From Candidatus Latescibacterota bacterium (lineage in GTDB: Bacteria; Latescibacterota; UBA2968): a stretch of DNA of 64,000 nt. The position numbers were made by a program, and so were the translations under genes. The first letter of the stretch is position 1. Each line of letters begins with the position of its first letter. A model generated the notes under the pieces. That model did not search any database. It had not been told where the DNA came from and worked only from the letters and a program-made list of their open reading frames with translations. Below are positions 1 through 10,666 of the stretch, piece by piece. The stretch lies in the NCBI GenBank assembly GCA_965222605.1, contig OZ244960.1, forward strand, positions 1,312,001 through 1,376,000. Direction: 5' to 3'.

Positions 1-1
1 A

Positions 2-1348
2 GGCACAAATTTTGACCCGATCTGGACATGGGATCTCAGTGCTTATTACGGAAGTCACGAAGCCGATTTCGTGATTAAAAACACGGTAAATGCCTCTTTG
101 GGACGCGATACCCCCACGGAATTTAATCCCGGATCCTATATCCAAAAAGATTTCAATTTAAATCTCGACTTTACATTTCCAGTAAGCAATCAGGTCTTCT
201 TGGCCGCGGGTCTCGAATACAGAAATGAAAAATACGAAGTTGTGCAGGGACAACCCGAGTCCTATCAAATAGGTCCTTTAGCCCCTCAGGGATTCAGTGC
301 TGCGTCCAATGGTTTTTCCGGCTTTAGCGATATTGCTGCTGGCGACTGGAGTCGGTCCAATTATGCGGCTTATGGGGATGCCGAATTAACCCCGTCGGAC
401 AATTGGTTGCTCGGCCTCGCGCTGCGCTATGAAAACTTCAGTGACTTTGGTTCGACCCTCAACTACAAAGCAGCTACCAACTTCAGCATCACAGAAGAAC
501 TGAAATTGCGCGGCAGTTTCAGCACCTGTTTCAGAGCACCCACACCTGGTCAACAAAATTCTTTTAACGTATCAACTCGATTCGATCCCGCGTTAAATGA
601 TTTGGTCAATAGAGGTACCATTCCATCAACCCACGCCGCGGCAGAACTGGTGGGCGGCAAGCCTCTCAACCCTGAAAAGTCGAACAACTTCACGGCTGGC
701 TTTATTTTGGACAGGGCAAATTTCAGTTTAACCGTTGATTATTTTCAAATTGACCTGAAGGACCGCCTGGGTATTTCAAAGAACTACTCTCTGACCGATG
801 CCCAGCGCGACCAATTGATCGCTTCGGGCATAACGAGCGCGAGAAATATCCAAACCTTCCGCTTCTTCATCAACGACTTCGAAACCAGAACCCGTGGCGT
901 TGACATCGTTTTTGTCACGCCTGTGAGAAATGGCGATTTCAGCTTTGTTTACAACCTCACAGACACAAAAGTAACCAAACTCACGGAAACATTGAGCGAG
1001 ACACGCGTTCGGCAACTGGAGGAAGCACTTCCCCAAAGCCGCGCCAACGCGACCCTGGCGCAATCTTTTAACGATATGTGGGATATCTTGATTCGCATGA
1101 GCTATTACGATTCCTGGTGGGATAGAGACAACGATCAAACATATCCCGGCGTATGGTCGTTGTTTGATATTGAAACCCATATCGCACTGAATGAAAAAAT
1201 GCGGATCACGCTCGGCTCCCGCAATGTCCTCAATACCTTTCCAGAAGAAAATAAGAACAAAGGTTCTGTGGGTGAAAAGTACAGCGAGTACACTCCATTT
1301 GGTTTTAATGGGGCATTTTGGTACTCAAAAGTCAGTTATAACTTTTAG
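2..1348 (+). CDS. TonB-dependent outer-membrane receptor, C-terminal barrel part (5'-truncated by window edge)
   Basis: Frame open from position 2. Amphipathic beta-strand pattern, 'FRAP' and 'LNPEKSNNFTAG' motifs typical of TBDRs, 'NVLNTFP' box, C-terminal ...KVSYNF with terminal Phe. Confidence 0.93.
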   Translation, partial: GTNFDPIWTWDLSAYYGSHEADFVIKNTVNASLGRDTPTEFNPGSYIQKDFNLNLDFTFPVSNQVFLAAGLEYRNEKYEVVQGQPESYQIGPLAPQGFSAASNGFSGFSDIAAGDWSRSNYAAYGDAELTPSDNWLLGLALRYENFSDFGSTLNYKAATNFSITEELKLRGSFSTCFRAPTPGQQNSFNVSTRFDPALNDLVNRGTIPSTHAAAELVGGKPLNPEKSNNFTAGFILDRANFSLTVDYFQIDLKDRLGISKNYSLTDAQRDQLIASGITSARNIQTFRFFINDFETRTRGVDIVFVTPVRNGDFSFVYNLTDTKVTKLTETLSETRVRQLEEALPQSRANATLAQSFNDMWDILIRMSYYDSWWDRDNDQTYPGVWSLFDIETHIALNEKMRITLGSRNVLNTFPEENKNKGSVGEKYSEYTPFGFNGAFWYSKVSYNF

Positions 1349-1404
1349 CCATTGCCAGAACCACACCGTATTTATTGGCTCTTTTCTCTCTCGTCACGCT
1401 CATC

Positions 1405-1457
1405 ACTGGAGTTACCCCGCTTTAGTGTATAGTGTAGAAGGTTCCACCGAAGCATCT
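1405..1457 (+). repeat. 53-bp direct repeat, copy 1 (left flank of giant-protein array)
   Basis: ACTGGAGTTACCCCGCTTTAGTGTATAGTGTAGAAGGTTCCACCGAAGCATCT matches 31368-31420 at 50/53 positions. Confidence 0.9.
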
Positions 1458-1590
1458 ATTGAATACAGACGTATGTGTAAACCTGATGTAAAAGTAAAAA
1501 TAACTGCTAAACGGGTACAGGTTCTGCCAGACAAATCCTGTTCGGCCCAAATGCACAACGTAAACCACATCGTACAAAAGAAATTGATAG

Positions 1591-4500
1591 ATGAAACACG
1601 CTATTAAATCGCTCTCTCTTGCGCTCGGTACCATCAGTCTGCTGAGCTTTCTGCTTTTACTATTCCCGTGGTCGCTATCCACCCAGACCAGCAGCTTTTC
1701 GCTTTCTCTGGATTTGGATGGCTCGGAAGGCGATCAAGCAGCCTCCTCTCTCTATGTCTTTCCCAATCGCACGGTTTCCATCCAAATCTTTGGCACAGAT
1801 ATTGGGGCTGCAAGCGATATCTCCCTGCGCTTTGAATTCGATCCCTCTCAGGTTGCTTACGAAGGATTCAAGCGGGCAAATATCGTATCTGGTACCTCTG
1901 CGCTTACGGGCAAAGATTTTGCAAATATCGGGATAACGTTATCCAATAGTAATGCAACCAATAGCGGTCTTATAGGCACCATTCGCTTTCGCACGAGCGA
2001 GGCGTTTTCTGGCACAGACATACGTCTAATGCGTGCCAAACTTGTGCGAGAGGGAAAAACCGAGACCGTATCGATGGACCTGAGCATTACCTTGCGGCTT
2101 GCTAAACCGCCTTCTCCGGACTTTGACAGGAATGGGACGGTGGGTATCCCCGACTTTTTGCTCTTTGTCGATACATTTGGGTCCGAAAGAGGTCAAGATA
2201 CTTATGAGTCCAAATACGATCTGAATGTGGATGGCGAGATAGGGATCCCCGATTTTCTGATCTTTATCGATAACTTCGGCAAAGTAGTCAACCGCGCACC
2301 TGTCTTCACGTCAGAACCACCCGTGACGCTCTCCGTAGATGAGAACACGCCATCGGGACAGGCGATAGGTGATCCTATCACAGCCAGTGATGCTGAGGGC
2401 CATACGCTTACCTATCGCCTCAGCGGTGCCGATGCAGACAGTTTTGCCATAGACGCGAGCACAGGACAAATTCAGACGAAAGGGACGTACAACTTTGAGC
2501 AGAAGGACAGCTATTCCGTCACTGTCCATGTTAGTGATGGCGAAGGTGGTGAGGCCAGCCTTGCTGCAGGTATTGCCATCACTGACATCGACGAACCTCC
2601 TATGCAGCCTGCCCCACCGAGTGTCTCGGCGATCGCGCCCACAACCCTGACGGTAATCTGGGCAGAACCTTCCAACACGGGTCCTGAGATCACGGACTAC
2701 GACGTGCAATATCGACAAGCCGACAGTGATGTGTTGACAGATGCGGATTATGACGGAACGGAACGGTCAGTGCGTCTAACGGGACTGTTTTCAAGTACGC
2801 GCTATGCGATACAGGTGCGGGCGACTAACGAAGAAGGCACGAGTGCGTGGTCTGAGTCGAGTGAGTGGAGCACCTCTGCGCTGTCGATAATACCGGGAGG
2901 CGGCGGTACACCACCGCCTCCACGACCACCACCACGACCGCCTCCACGGCCTCAACCACCACCACAACCACCGGGTCCTAATCAGGTGCCAGTATTCACC
3001 GACGGACCGAGCACCTCGCGTAGCGTGGCTGAGAACACGGCACCCAATCAAAACATCCAGCATCCGGTCAGCGCCACCGATGCCGACCGTCACCGCCTGA
3101 CCTACCGTTTGAGCGGGGACGATGCCGGTTCATTCACCATCCATGCAGGCGGTCAGCTTCGCACCCGATCAGGCGTCACCTACGACTACGAAGAGAAGAA
3201 CAGCTATGAGGTGATCGTGCGCGTAGAAGACGGTCAGGGCGGCACAGCCACCATTGCCGTGACGATCCATGTGAGTGACGTCGATGAACCCCCCGAAGCT
3301 CCGGCGCGGCCCCGGGTCGAGCCCGCCTCTTCAACCAGCCTGACAGTAAGTTGGACCGAGCCAAACAATACCGGACCCGGCATCGACGACTACGACATCC
3401 AATATCGGACGGGCAGCGGTAGCTTCATCCCCTATCAGCACAACACCGGCACGACCACAACCATCACAAACCTGCAGGTGAACACGCGCTACGAGGTGCA
3501 GGTGCGGGCGCACAACGACGAAGGTGAAAGCCTGTGGTCCCCCTCGGGCTTCGGGACGACCAGTGCCAACCAGCGACCGGTATTCGACGAAACTGCGCCA
3601 ACGCGCAGCCTGGTCGAGAACACAACCGGGACCCACAACATCGGCAACCCCATAAGCGCGACCGACCCGGAGGGCCGCACGGTGAGCTACAGCCTTGCAG
3701 GTGGGGACACGGATCAGTTCACGATTGCCCCAGGCATCGGCCAGCTTCGCACACAGACCGGCGTGGATTACAACTACGAGGTGCGAAATCGCTATTCGGT
3801 GACGGTCGAGGCACAGGATGAGCAGGGTGGTCGTGCGACCATCACAGTGACGATTGACATAACTGATGACGACAACGAACGGCCAGAAAGACCCGACCGT
3901 CCCTCGGTGACGGCCTCAACACTGAATAGTCTATCCATACGTTGGACGGAACCAACAAACACCGGTCCCAACATCAATGACTACGACGTGCAGTACAGGA
4001 AGGCCAGCGACTCGTTCGATGACTGGCCGCACAATGGACCCGGCACGAGTACGACCATCACCAGCCTGGAGGCCAACACATCCTACCGGGTGCAGGTACT
4101 GGCACGTAGTCCCGAAGGACAGAGCGATTGGTCCGAATCCGTTACTGTGAGCACTGTCGCCAATCAAGCTCCCACGTTCACCGAAGGTTCGAGCGCCACG
4201 CGCAGGTTGGCAGAGAACACGACGGGTACCCACAACGTCGGCAACCCGATCACCGCCACCGACGGCGACGGGGGGACGCTGACCTATCGTCTCGAAGGCA
4301 CGGACCGGGCCTCCTTTGCTCTCGATGACAACCAGCTTCAGACGGTAGCGGGCGTCGCTTACGACTACGAAGAAAAGAACAGCTATGAAGTAACCGTACG
4401 CGTAGAAGACGGTCAGGGCGGCAGCAACACCATCGAGGTGGCGATCAATCTGACAGACGAACAGGAACCGCCCGGGGACCCGGCAGCACCCAGCGTCATA

Positions 4501-7500
4501 CCGGCCTCATCCACCAGCCTGACCGTGACCTATGACGAGCCGGCCAACACCGGTCCCGACATTGACGACTACGACATCCAGTACCGCGAAGGGGACAGCG
4601 GCGGCTTCACCTCCTATACACACAACGGCGCGGAACTCGCCGCAACCATCACCGGTCGGAGCCCGGGCACGAGCTATGAGGTGCAGGTGCGAGCGCACAA
4701 CGACGAAGGCACGAGCGATTGGTCGCCGTCGGGCACGGGAAGCACCGACCCCAACCAGCCGCCGGTCTTCACCGACGGGTCGAGCGCAACGCGCGCCCTC
4801 GACGAGAACACCACGGACGTGCAGAACATTGGCGATCCGGTAAGCGCCACCGACCCGGAGAACACCACGCTGACCTATAGCCTCGAAGGCACGGACAAAG
4901 ATGCCTTCACCATTGACACGGGTAGTGGTCAACTTCGGACCGACCGCGACGAGACCTACGATTACGAGACGAAGCCCCGCTATGTTCTGAGGGTCAAAGC
5001 GACCGACGGGCACGGCGGCAGCAGCACCATCCTCGTGTTGATAAACCTGAACGACGTCAATGAGCCGCCGGCGTTCACCAGCGACGCGGCCTTCGAGACT
5101 GGGGAAAATGGCACGAGGGTCGGCGAAGTGGTCGCCCGCGATGAGGATAGTGCCGACGATATCACGAATTACACCATCACCGGCGGGTCCGACCAGAACC
5201 TGTTCGAGATCGACAGCGGAGGCGCGTTGACTTTCAAGGAGGCCCCCGACTTCGAGAATCCCACGGATTCTGGAAGTAATAACACATACATCGTCGAGGT
5301 CACAGTGACCGGCGGCACGGAAGGCCGCGCACTGACCGTAGCGCAGACCATCACCGTCACTGTCACCGACGAGAACGAACCGCCACATTTCACCAGTGAT
5401 GCTACCTTCACGGTACAGGAAAATACCCAGTTTGTCGGCCAGGTGACCGCCGATGATGTCGATAGCGGCGATGGTATCACCGGCTACGCGATCACCGGTG
5501 GGGCTGATAGGAACCTATTCGAGATCACCAACACCAACGAGTTGCACTTCAAAGAGGACCCCGACTGGGAGCGTCCGGCGGCTGCGGGAGGCGACAACGA
5601 ATACATCGTCGAGGTCACGGCGACCGGCGGCACGAACACCCGAGAGCGAACAACAACGCAGGCGATAACCGTCACTGTGGAGGACGACGACGAACCTCCG
5701 GGTAAACCCGACGCGCCCACGGTGAGCAACGAGACGGAAAATAGCCTCACCGTGATCTGGACCGAGCCGACCAATACCGGGCCTGAGATCACGAACTACC
5801 ATGTGCAATATCGCATAAATAGTGCGTTCACGGATTGGCCGGACACCGGCCCGTCCCTGACCCGCACGATCACCGGCCTGCGCTCGGGGACCTACCAGAT
5901 CCAGGTACAGGCGGAGAACGACGAAGGGAAGGGCGCGTGGTCCAATTCCGTCAACGGGACCACGCTCACCGCGCCGACGGTATCGAGTATCGCGTTCACC
6001 TCGACGCCGGCCTCCGGGCAGAACAATACCTACAAATTGAACGACGTGATCGACGTGACCGTGACCTTCAATGATGCGGTAACCGTCACCGGCACACCGC
6101 AGATCGACCTGACGATAGGTACTACCGTGCGCCAGGCCGACTACAAAAGCGGCTCGACCACCACCCAGCTTCTCTTCCAATACACCGTGCAAGCTGACGA
6201 CGAGGACGCCGACGGCGCAAGCATCAACGCCAACGGCCTCAAGCTCAACAGCGGAAGCATCCTCGGAACCAATTCCACAATAAACGCGGATCTGGCACAC
6301 GCGGCACTCACCAATCAGTCCACCCACAAAGTCGATGGCATCGCGCCGGGGCTTATCGACGCAGAAGTAATGGGCGACGAGTTGACACTGGCCTATGACG
6401 AGGTGCTCGACAGCAATTCGAGACCGGCGACCAGCGATTTCGCGGTAACGGTAGATGGCACGGCGAGGGACGTCTCAGTTGCGATGAGCAGCAGTGAGGT
6501 GACGCTCACCCTCGCCTCGGCCGTAACATCGGGCCAGGCGGTAAGACTGACCTACACGCCGGGGACCAACCCGATACGCGACCGGGCGCAAAACCCGGCC
6601 ATCGCCCTTACAAACTTGACAACGGCGAACCGAGTCCAACCAATCGTCAGTGTCTGCGATCGTACCGATCAGGTGCGCGACGCGATTGTAGAGGCATCTC
6701 CTGTTAGTACTTGCGGTGCTGTCACGGCGAAACATCTATCTGAGATCACCCGCCTCATTCTGAGTTTTGAGAGTATCTCGAAGCTGAAAGCCAACGACTT
6801 TTCCGGGCTGACGGCACTGACAAGGCTCGATCTGTCAGGAAACGGATTCAGGACACTCCCGGAGAATCTCTTTTCCAGCCTGTCGGCACTGAAACAACTC
6901 ATACTGCCCTACGGCCGACTCAGCAACTTGCCGGCGAATATCTTCTCCAACCTGTCAGCACTGACATGGCTCGATCTGCGCAGCAACAAACTCAGCAGCT
7001 TGGATGCAAGCGCGTTTTCGGGTCTTACAGCACTTGAATGGCTCCGGCTGCAGAACAACGAACTCAGCAGTCTGGATGAGAATATCTTTTCCGACCTAAC
7101 GGCACTGAAAGATCTCTCTCTATCCCGTAACAAACTCAGCAGCCTAAATGCAAATATCTTCTCCGACCTGTCGGCACTGGAATTACTCTACCTGTACAGC
7201 AACGAACTCAGCAGTCTGGATGAGAATATCTTTTCCGACCTAACGGCACTGAAAGAACTCCACCTGCACAACAACGAACTCAGCAGTCTGGATGAGAATA
7301 TCTTTTCCGACCTAACGGCACTGAAAGAACTCCACCTGCACAACAACGAACTCAGCAGTCTGGATGAGAATATCTTTTCCGACCTAACGGCACTGAAAGA
7401 ACTCTACCTGGAGGAAAACGAACTCAGCAGCCTGAATGCAAACGCGTTTTCGGGTCTGACAGCACTTAAAATTCTCACCCTGTTCGGGAACGATCTACAA

Positions 7501-8178
7501 TCAACCTCCCTACCGACGGGTGTATTTTCCAATTTGACAGAACTTGAAACGCTCCGCCTGGACGACAACCAACTCAGCAGCCTGCCAGCAAATCTCTTTT
7601 CCGGGCTGTCATCTCTTCGATTACTCCATCTCGGCGACCAACAATCCGGCCACCAACTCAGCAGCCTGGACGCGAATATCTTTTCCAACCTATCGGCACT
7701 TGAAACGCTCCACCTGGAAAACAACAACTTCAGCAGCCTGGACGCGAACATATTTTCCGGACTGACTGAGATGAGAGAGCTCTCTCTGGGCAACAACCAA
7801 CTCAGCAGCCTGCCCGATGACATATTTTCTGGACTGACTGAGATGACAACGCTCAAACTGGCGGGCAATACGGTTGATCCCTTGCCCATTACCATTTCCC
7901 TTGAATCAATTACCAGCGGTCTATTCAGGGCCAAAGCACACACCGGCGCGCCCTTTGCGATGACCCTGCCACTTCAGGTGGTCAATGGCACCATTGACGG
8001 CGGCACAAGCAGCGTCACAATCTCCCGGGGCAGTGTGGATAGTGAGATCCTCACAGTATCCCGCATGGCCGGCACCACTGCTGCCGTCACCGCTGACATC
8101 GGAACATTGCCAGACTTGCCTCCGCGCAACAGCGGCTACGCACTCGTCAAATCCGCGGACTTGCCACTGGAAGCGTAA
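1591..8178 (+). CDS. Giant secreted multidomain protein, cassette 1, N-terminal part: signal peptide, cohesin-like, dockerin/EF-hand pair, cadherin-like and FN3 repeats, SwmB-like domain, 24-aa LRR solenoid; truncated by a deletion/frameshift
   Basis: 2195-aa ORF. Hydrophobic N-terminus; DFDRNGTVGIPDF...YDLNVDGEIGIPDF; NxAPxF/DxD/D-Y-E cadherin motifs; WTEP..Y..QVRA.N FN3 motifs; LxxLxLxxNxLSSLDxNIFSxL repeats at ~6750-7870. Paralog 19493-27919 continues in frame past this stop. Confidence 0.92.
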   Translation: MKHAIKSLSLALGTISLLSFLLLLFPWSLSTQTSSFSLSLDLDGSEGDQAASSLYVFPNRTVSIQIFGTDIGAASDISLRFEFDPSQVAYEGFKRANIVSGTSALTGKDFANIGITLSNSNATNSGLIGTIRFRTSEAFSGTDIRLMRAKLVREGKTETVSMDLSITLRLAKPPSPDFDRNGTVGIPDFLLFVDTFGSERGQDTYESKYDLNVDGEIGIPDFLIFIDNFGKVVNRAPVFTSEPPVTLSVDENTPSGQAIGDPITASDAEGHTLTYRLSGADADSFAIDASTGQIQTKGTYNFEQKDSYSVTVHVSDGEGGEASLAAGIAITDIDEPPMQPAPPSVSAIAPTTLTVIWAEPSNTGPEITDYDVQYRQADSDVLTDADYDGTERSVRLTGLFSSTRYAIQVRATNEEGTSAWSESSEWSTSALSIIPGGGGTPPPPRPPPRPPPRPQPPPQPPGPNQVPVFTDGPSTSRSVAENTAPNQNIQHPVSATDADRHRLTYRLSGDDAGSFTIHAGGQLRTRSGVTYDYEEKNSYEVIVRVEDGQGGTATIAVTIHVSDVDEPPEAPARPRVEPASSTSLTVSWTEPNNTGPGIDDYDIQYRTGSGSFIPYQHNTGTTTTITNLQVNTRYEVQVRAHNDEGESLWSPSGFGTTSANQRPVFDETAPTRSLVENTTGTHNIGNPISATDPEGRTVSYSLAGGDTDQFTIAPGIGQLRTQTGVDYNYEVRNRYSVTVEAQDEQGGRATITVTIDITDDDNERPERPDRPSVTASTLNSLSIRWTEPTNTGPNINDYDVQYRKASDSFDDWPHNGPGTSTTITSLEANTSYRVQVLARSPEGQSDWSESVTVSTVANQAPTFTEGSSATRRLAENTTGTHNVGNPITATDGDGGTLTYRLEGTDRASFALDDNQLQTVAGVAYDYEEKNSYEVTVRVEDGQGGSNTIEVAINLTDEQEPPGDPAAPSVIPASSTSLTVTYDEPANTGPDIDDYDIQYREGDSGGFTSYTHNGAELAATITGRSPGTSYEVQVRAHNDEGTSDWSPSGTGSTDPNQPPVFTDGSSATRALDENTTDVQNIGDPVSATDPENTTLTYSLEGTDKDAFTIDTGSGQLRTDRDETYDYETKPRYVLRVKATDGHGGSSTILVLINLNDVNEPPAFTSDAAFETGENGTRVGEVVARDEDSADDITNYTITGGSDQNLFEIDSGGALTFKEAPDFENPTDSGSNNTYIVEVTVTGGTEGRALTVAQTITVTVTDENEPPHFTSDATFTVQENTQFVGQVTADDVDSGDGITGYAITGGADRNLFEITNTNELHFKEDPDWERPAAAGGDNEYIVEVTATGGTNTRERTTTQAITVTVEDDDEPPGKPDAPTVSNETENSLTVIWTEPTNTGPEITNYHVQYRINSAFTDWPDTGPSLTRTITGLRSGTYQIQVQAENDEGKGAWSNSVNGTTLTAPTVSSIAFTSTPASGQNNTYKLNDVIDVTVTFNDAVTVTGTPQIDLTIGTTVRQADYKSGSTTTQLLFQYTVQADDEDADGASINANGLKLNSGSILGTNSTINADLAHAALTNQSTHKVDGIAPGLIDAEVMGDELTLAYDEVLDSNSRPATSDFAVTVDGTARDVSVAMSSSEVTLTLASAVTSGQAVRLTYTPGTNPIRDRAQNPAIALTNLTTANRVQPIVSVCDRTDQVRDAIVEASPVSTCGAVTAKHLSEITRLILSFESISKLKANDFSGLTALTRLDLSGNGFRTLPENLFSSLSALKQLILPYGRLSNLPANIFSNLSALTWLDLRSNKLSSLDASAFSGLTALEWLRLQNNELSSLDENIFSDLTALKDLSLSRNKLSSLNANIFSDLSALELLYLYSNELSSLDENIFSDLTALKELHLHNNELSSLDENIFSDLTALKELHLHNNELSSLDENIFSDLTALKELYLEENELSSLNANAFSGLTALKILTLFGNDLQSTSLPTGVFSNLTELETLRLDDNQLSSLPANLFSGLSSLRLLHLGDQQSGHQLSSLDANIFSNLSALETLHLENNNFSSLDANIFSGLTEMRELSLGNNQLSSLPDDIFSGLTEMTTLKLAGNTVDPLPITISLESITSGLFRAKAHTGAPFAMTLPLQVVNGTIDGGTSSVTISRGSVDSEILTVSRMAGTTAAVTADIGTLPDLPPRNSGYALVKSADLPLEA
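7057..7402 (+). repeat. Near-perfect 72-bp tandem repeats encoding LRR units
   Basis: AACGAACTCAGCAGTCTGGATGAGAATATCTTTTCCGACCTAACGGCACTGAAAGA recurs at 7057, 7201, 7273 and 7345. Confidence 0.9.
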
Positions 8179-8218
8179 CAGAGGGCAACAGCGACACGTA
8201 CACAGTGGTTCTGACCTC

Positions 8219-10648
8219 ATGTACACAGTGGTTCTGACCTTGCAACCAACCGCGAACGTGACGGTCACCGTGACCGTACCGTCTGGTTCGGATGCCTCGG
8301 CGTCCCCGTCGCCACTGACATTCACGGCGGACAATTGGAACGATTCGCAAGCAGTGACTGTCACCACACAGGCCGACATAGACGACCAGGATGACACAGT
8401 CACACTGAGCCATGCAGTAAGCGGTGGGAACTATCAGGGCGTGACCGCGGAAAACGTGACAGTAACAATTGCAGAGGTGGATGTCAGCCCCAACAACTCG
8501 CCAGTCTTCACCAGTGTCAATACCTTTGGTGTAAAGGAAAACGAAACTGAGGTCGGCACAGTGGTCGCCACAGATACCGACGATGCGGGAGACGACATCA
8601 CTGGCTATGAGATTACCGGCGGTGTGGCTCAGGCGCAGTTCTCAATCACGAGCGGGGGTGTATTGGCCTTTGTGACCGCCCCCGACTTTGAGCGGCCACC
8701 CGCCACAGCGAGCAATAACGAATATGTTATCGTGGTCACGGCGACCAGCGGTACGGGCAGCCGTGAACGGACAACGAATCAGACAATTAGCGTCGTCGTA
8801 GATGACGTAGATGAACCGCCGGGACAGCCGCTGGCACCAATATTGGCTGTTCTCAGCAATGATGTATTGAAGCCTATCGAGGTAAGACCGAACCGGACAA
8901 GCCCGACGAATACGGGACCTGACATCACCGCCTGGGAAATTCAGCATCGCGTCAAAAACAGCGGTGACTTTATCAGCGACCCTGTGAATCAGGCATCGGA
9001 TTGGGTGTTTGAACTCAAGGGTTTTTATCGAAACACGACCTTCGAGGTGCAGGTGCGGGCAAAGAACGACGAAGGAGAGAGCGAGTGGTCTCCTTTGGCC
9101 GAGGCGACGATTTCCAATGCCTCGCCGATAGCCAGCAGCATTGACGATGTAACGCTTCCAGCGGGAGGTGCTGTCGAGATTAGCTATGTGCATGGCGGGT
9201 TCGTCGGTCCCAACTTTATATATGGCGGGTTCAACGTTCCCGACGATGACGATAGCGACTTTGTGCATGGCGCGTTCGACGATCCCGACGATAGCGACTT
9301 GAGGTTCACCGCGACATCGAGTAACAGTACAGTCGCGACCGTGCAGATAATCAATGAAGTGGTCCTGATCAATCCGCTATCCGCCGGCACTGCGACCATT
9401 ACCCTAACGGTGACCGACCCCTGGGGCGCGACCGCCTCAACAACCTTCGATGCGAATATCCAGACGCCGACCTTATCGGCTCCTACCCTGAGCATCAGCG
9501 GCAACCTCTTCACTTTTGGATTCACCGATAACTTCGCGGCCAACGAAACCCGGGCGTATCAGGTCAGAATCCGACAAAAGACGAATATTGGACTATGGGC
9601 TACAGGGTGCTTTGCGGAGACGAACGATGAAGATTCCCCAAAGTCCGTTACGGTAACGCTACAGGACCTGATCTCCGATTTCTTCGAACCGGGCACCACT
9701 TATGAGGCTGATTACGGATACCTCGGCACGGATTGTGGAGATAGCGTAATGGGTATTCGCTCCGCGACTGCTGAAGCGACGACCATCAGAACCTCTTCCT
9801 TCGATATCGACCTTATCTTTGTCGGCAGCATCTCCTCGAAGTACCGGTCCGCATTTGAAACCGCCGCCCGGCGTTGGGAGCAGATCATCACGCACGATAT
9901 CCCCAATCAGCATTTGTCCCGTAGCAGTCGCGATTTCTTGAACAGTGTTTATCCGGGAACCACCGCCCCCGAAGTTGTCGATGATCTGGTGATTTACGTG
10001 AGAATGGTTGAAATTGACGGAGAAGAAGGCACCCTCGGACGGGGGGGAGTGCATAGGTGGCGCCTCCCGTCCTGGATGCCAATCGCATCCGGCGTCCAGC
10101 TTGACCAGGACGACGTCGGCACAATGTCTAATGCAAAACTGGCAGCCCTTATGCTACACGAGATAGGTCACACCCTGGGATTCGGCACTAATTGGGACTA
10201 CCTGCTGCAGAACCCGTCGCTCGTATATGGCAATGCCATTGTTCCCACGCCCGACACGCATTTTTCGGGTATAAACGCGATTGCGGCTTTCAATGCTGCC
10301 GGCGGATCGAGCTACACGGGCGAGAAAGTGCCGGTGGAAAACACATTAGGAATATCCCGGGACGGTCACTGGCGGGAATCCGTGCTCGACAACGAACTCA
10401 TGACGTCCAGGGCGGCCGAGGCTGTTTCCTTCCCGTTGAGCGCGATCACGATCCAAGTGCTGGCCGACATGGGCTATCGCGTTGATGTCACACAGGCAGA
10501 TGCTTACACCCTACCTGCGACGTCCTCTTCCTCTAATACCGGCGTAAGGGCGTCCGAGGGTCTCAACTGTACCATCATAACACATCCCGACGCCGGACCC
10601 AATGAGCCTGAGCCTATTACCCTGAATCTAAAGCGGGCGGGTAACTGA
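8219..10648 (+). CDS. Cassette 1 C-terminal part: Calx-beta/Ig-like, cadherin, FN3 and leishmanolysin-like (M8) zinc metalloprotease; split from the upstream ORF
   Basis: HEIGHTLGFG zinc motif, downstream DGHWRESVLDNELMT (third His and Met-turn as in M8). Collinear with the C-terminal third of 19493-27919. ATG at 8219 lies at the junction of a 23-bp tandem duplication. Confidence 0.8.
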   Translation: MYTVVLTLQPTANVTVTVTVPSGSDASASPSPLTFTADNWNDSQAVTVTTQADIDDQDDTVTLSHAVSGGNYQGVTAENVTVTIAEVDVSPNNSPVFTSVNTFGVKENETEVGTVVATDTDDAGDDITGYEITGGVAQAQFSITSGGVLAFVTAPDFERPPATASNNEYVIVVTATSGTGSRERTTNQTISVVVDDVDEPPGQPLAPILAVLSNDVLKPIEVRPNRTSPTNTGPDITAWEIQHRVKNSGDFISDPVNQASDWVFELKGFYRNTTFEVQVRAKNDEGESEWSPLAEATISNASPIASSIDDVTLPAGGAVEISYVHGGFVGPNFIYGGFNVPDDDDSDFVHGAFDDPDDSDLRFTATSSNSTVATVQIINEVVLINPLSAGTATITLTVTDPWGATASTTFDANIQTPTLSAPTLSISGNLFTFGFTDNFAANETRAYQVRIRQKTNIGLWATGCFAETNDEDSPKSVTVTLQDLISDFFEPGTTYEADYGYLGTDCGDSVMGIRSATAEATTIRTSSFDIDLIFVGSISSKYRSAFETAARRWEQIITHDIPNQHLSRSSRDFLNSVYPGTTAPEVVDDLVIYVRMVEIDGEEGTLGRGGVHRWRLPSWMPIASGVQLDQDDVGTMSNAKLAALMLHEIGHTLGFGTNWDYLLQNPSLVYGNAIVPTPDTHFSGINAIAAFNAAGGSSYTGEKVPVENTLGISRDGHWRESVLDNELMTSRAAEAVSFPLSAITIQVLADMGYRVDVTQADAYTLPATSSSSNTGVRASEGLNCTIITHPDAGPNEPEPITLNLKRAGN

Positions 10649-10666
10649 TGTTACCTCGCGCATTAT

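Noticed and set aside
1405-1457. tRNA/tmRNA 3' fragment as the origin of the direct repeat
   Set aside because: No T-loop GTTCRA plus acceptor stem/CCA arrangement on either strand.
7985-8218. Start of the 887-aa ORF at 7985
   Set aside because: Off-frame overlap with cassette 1; homology to cassette 3 in this frame starts only at ~8221.
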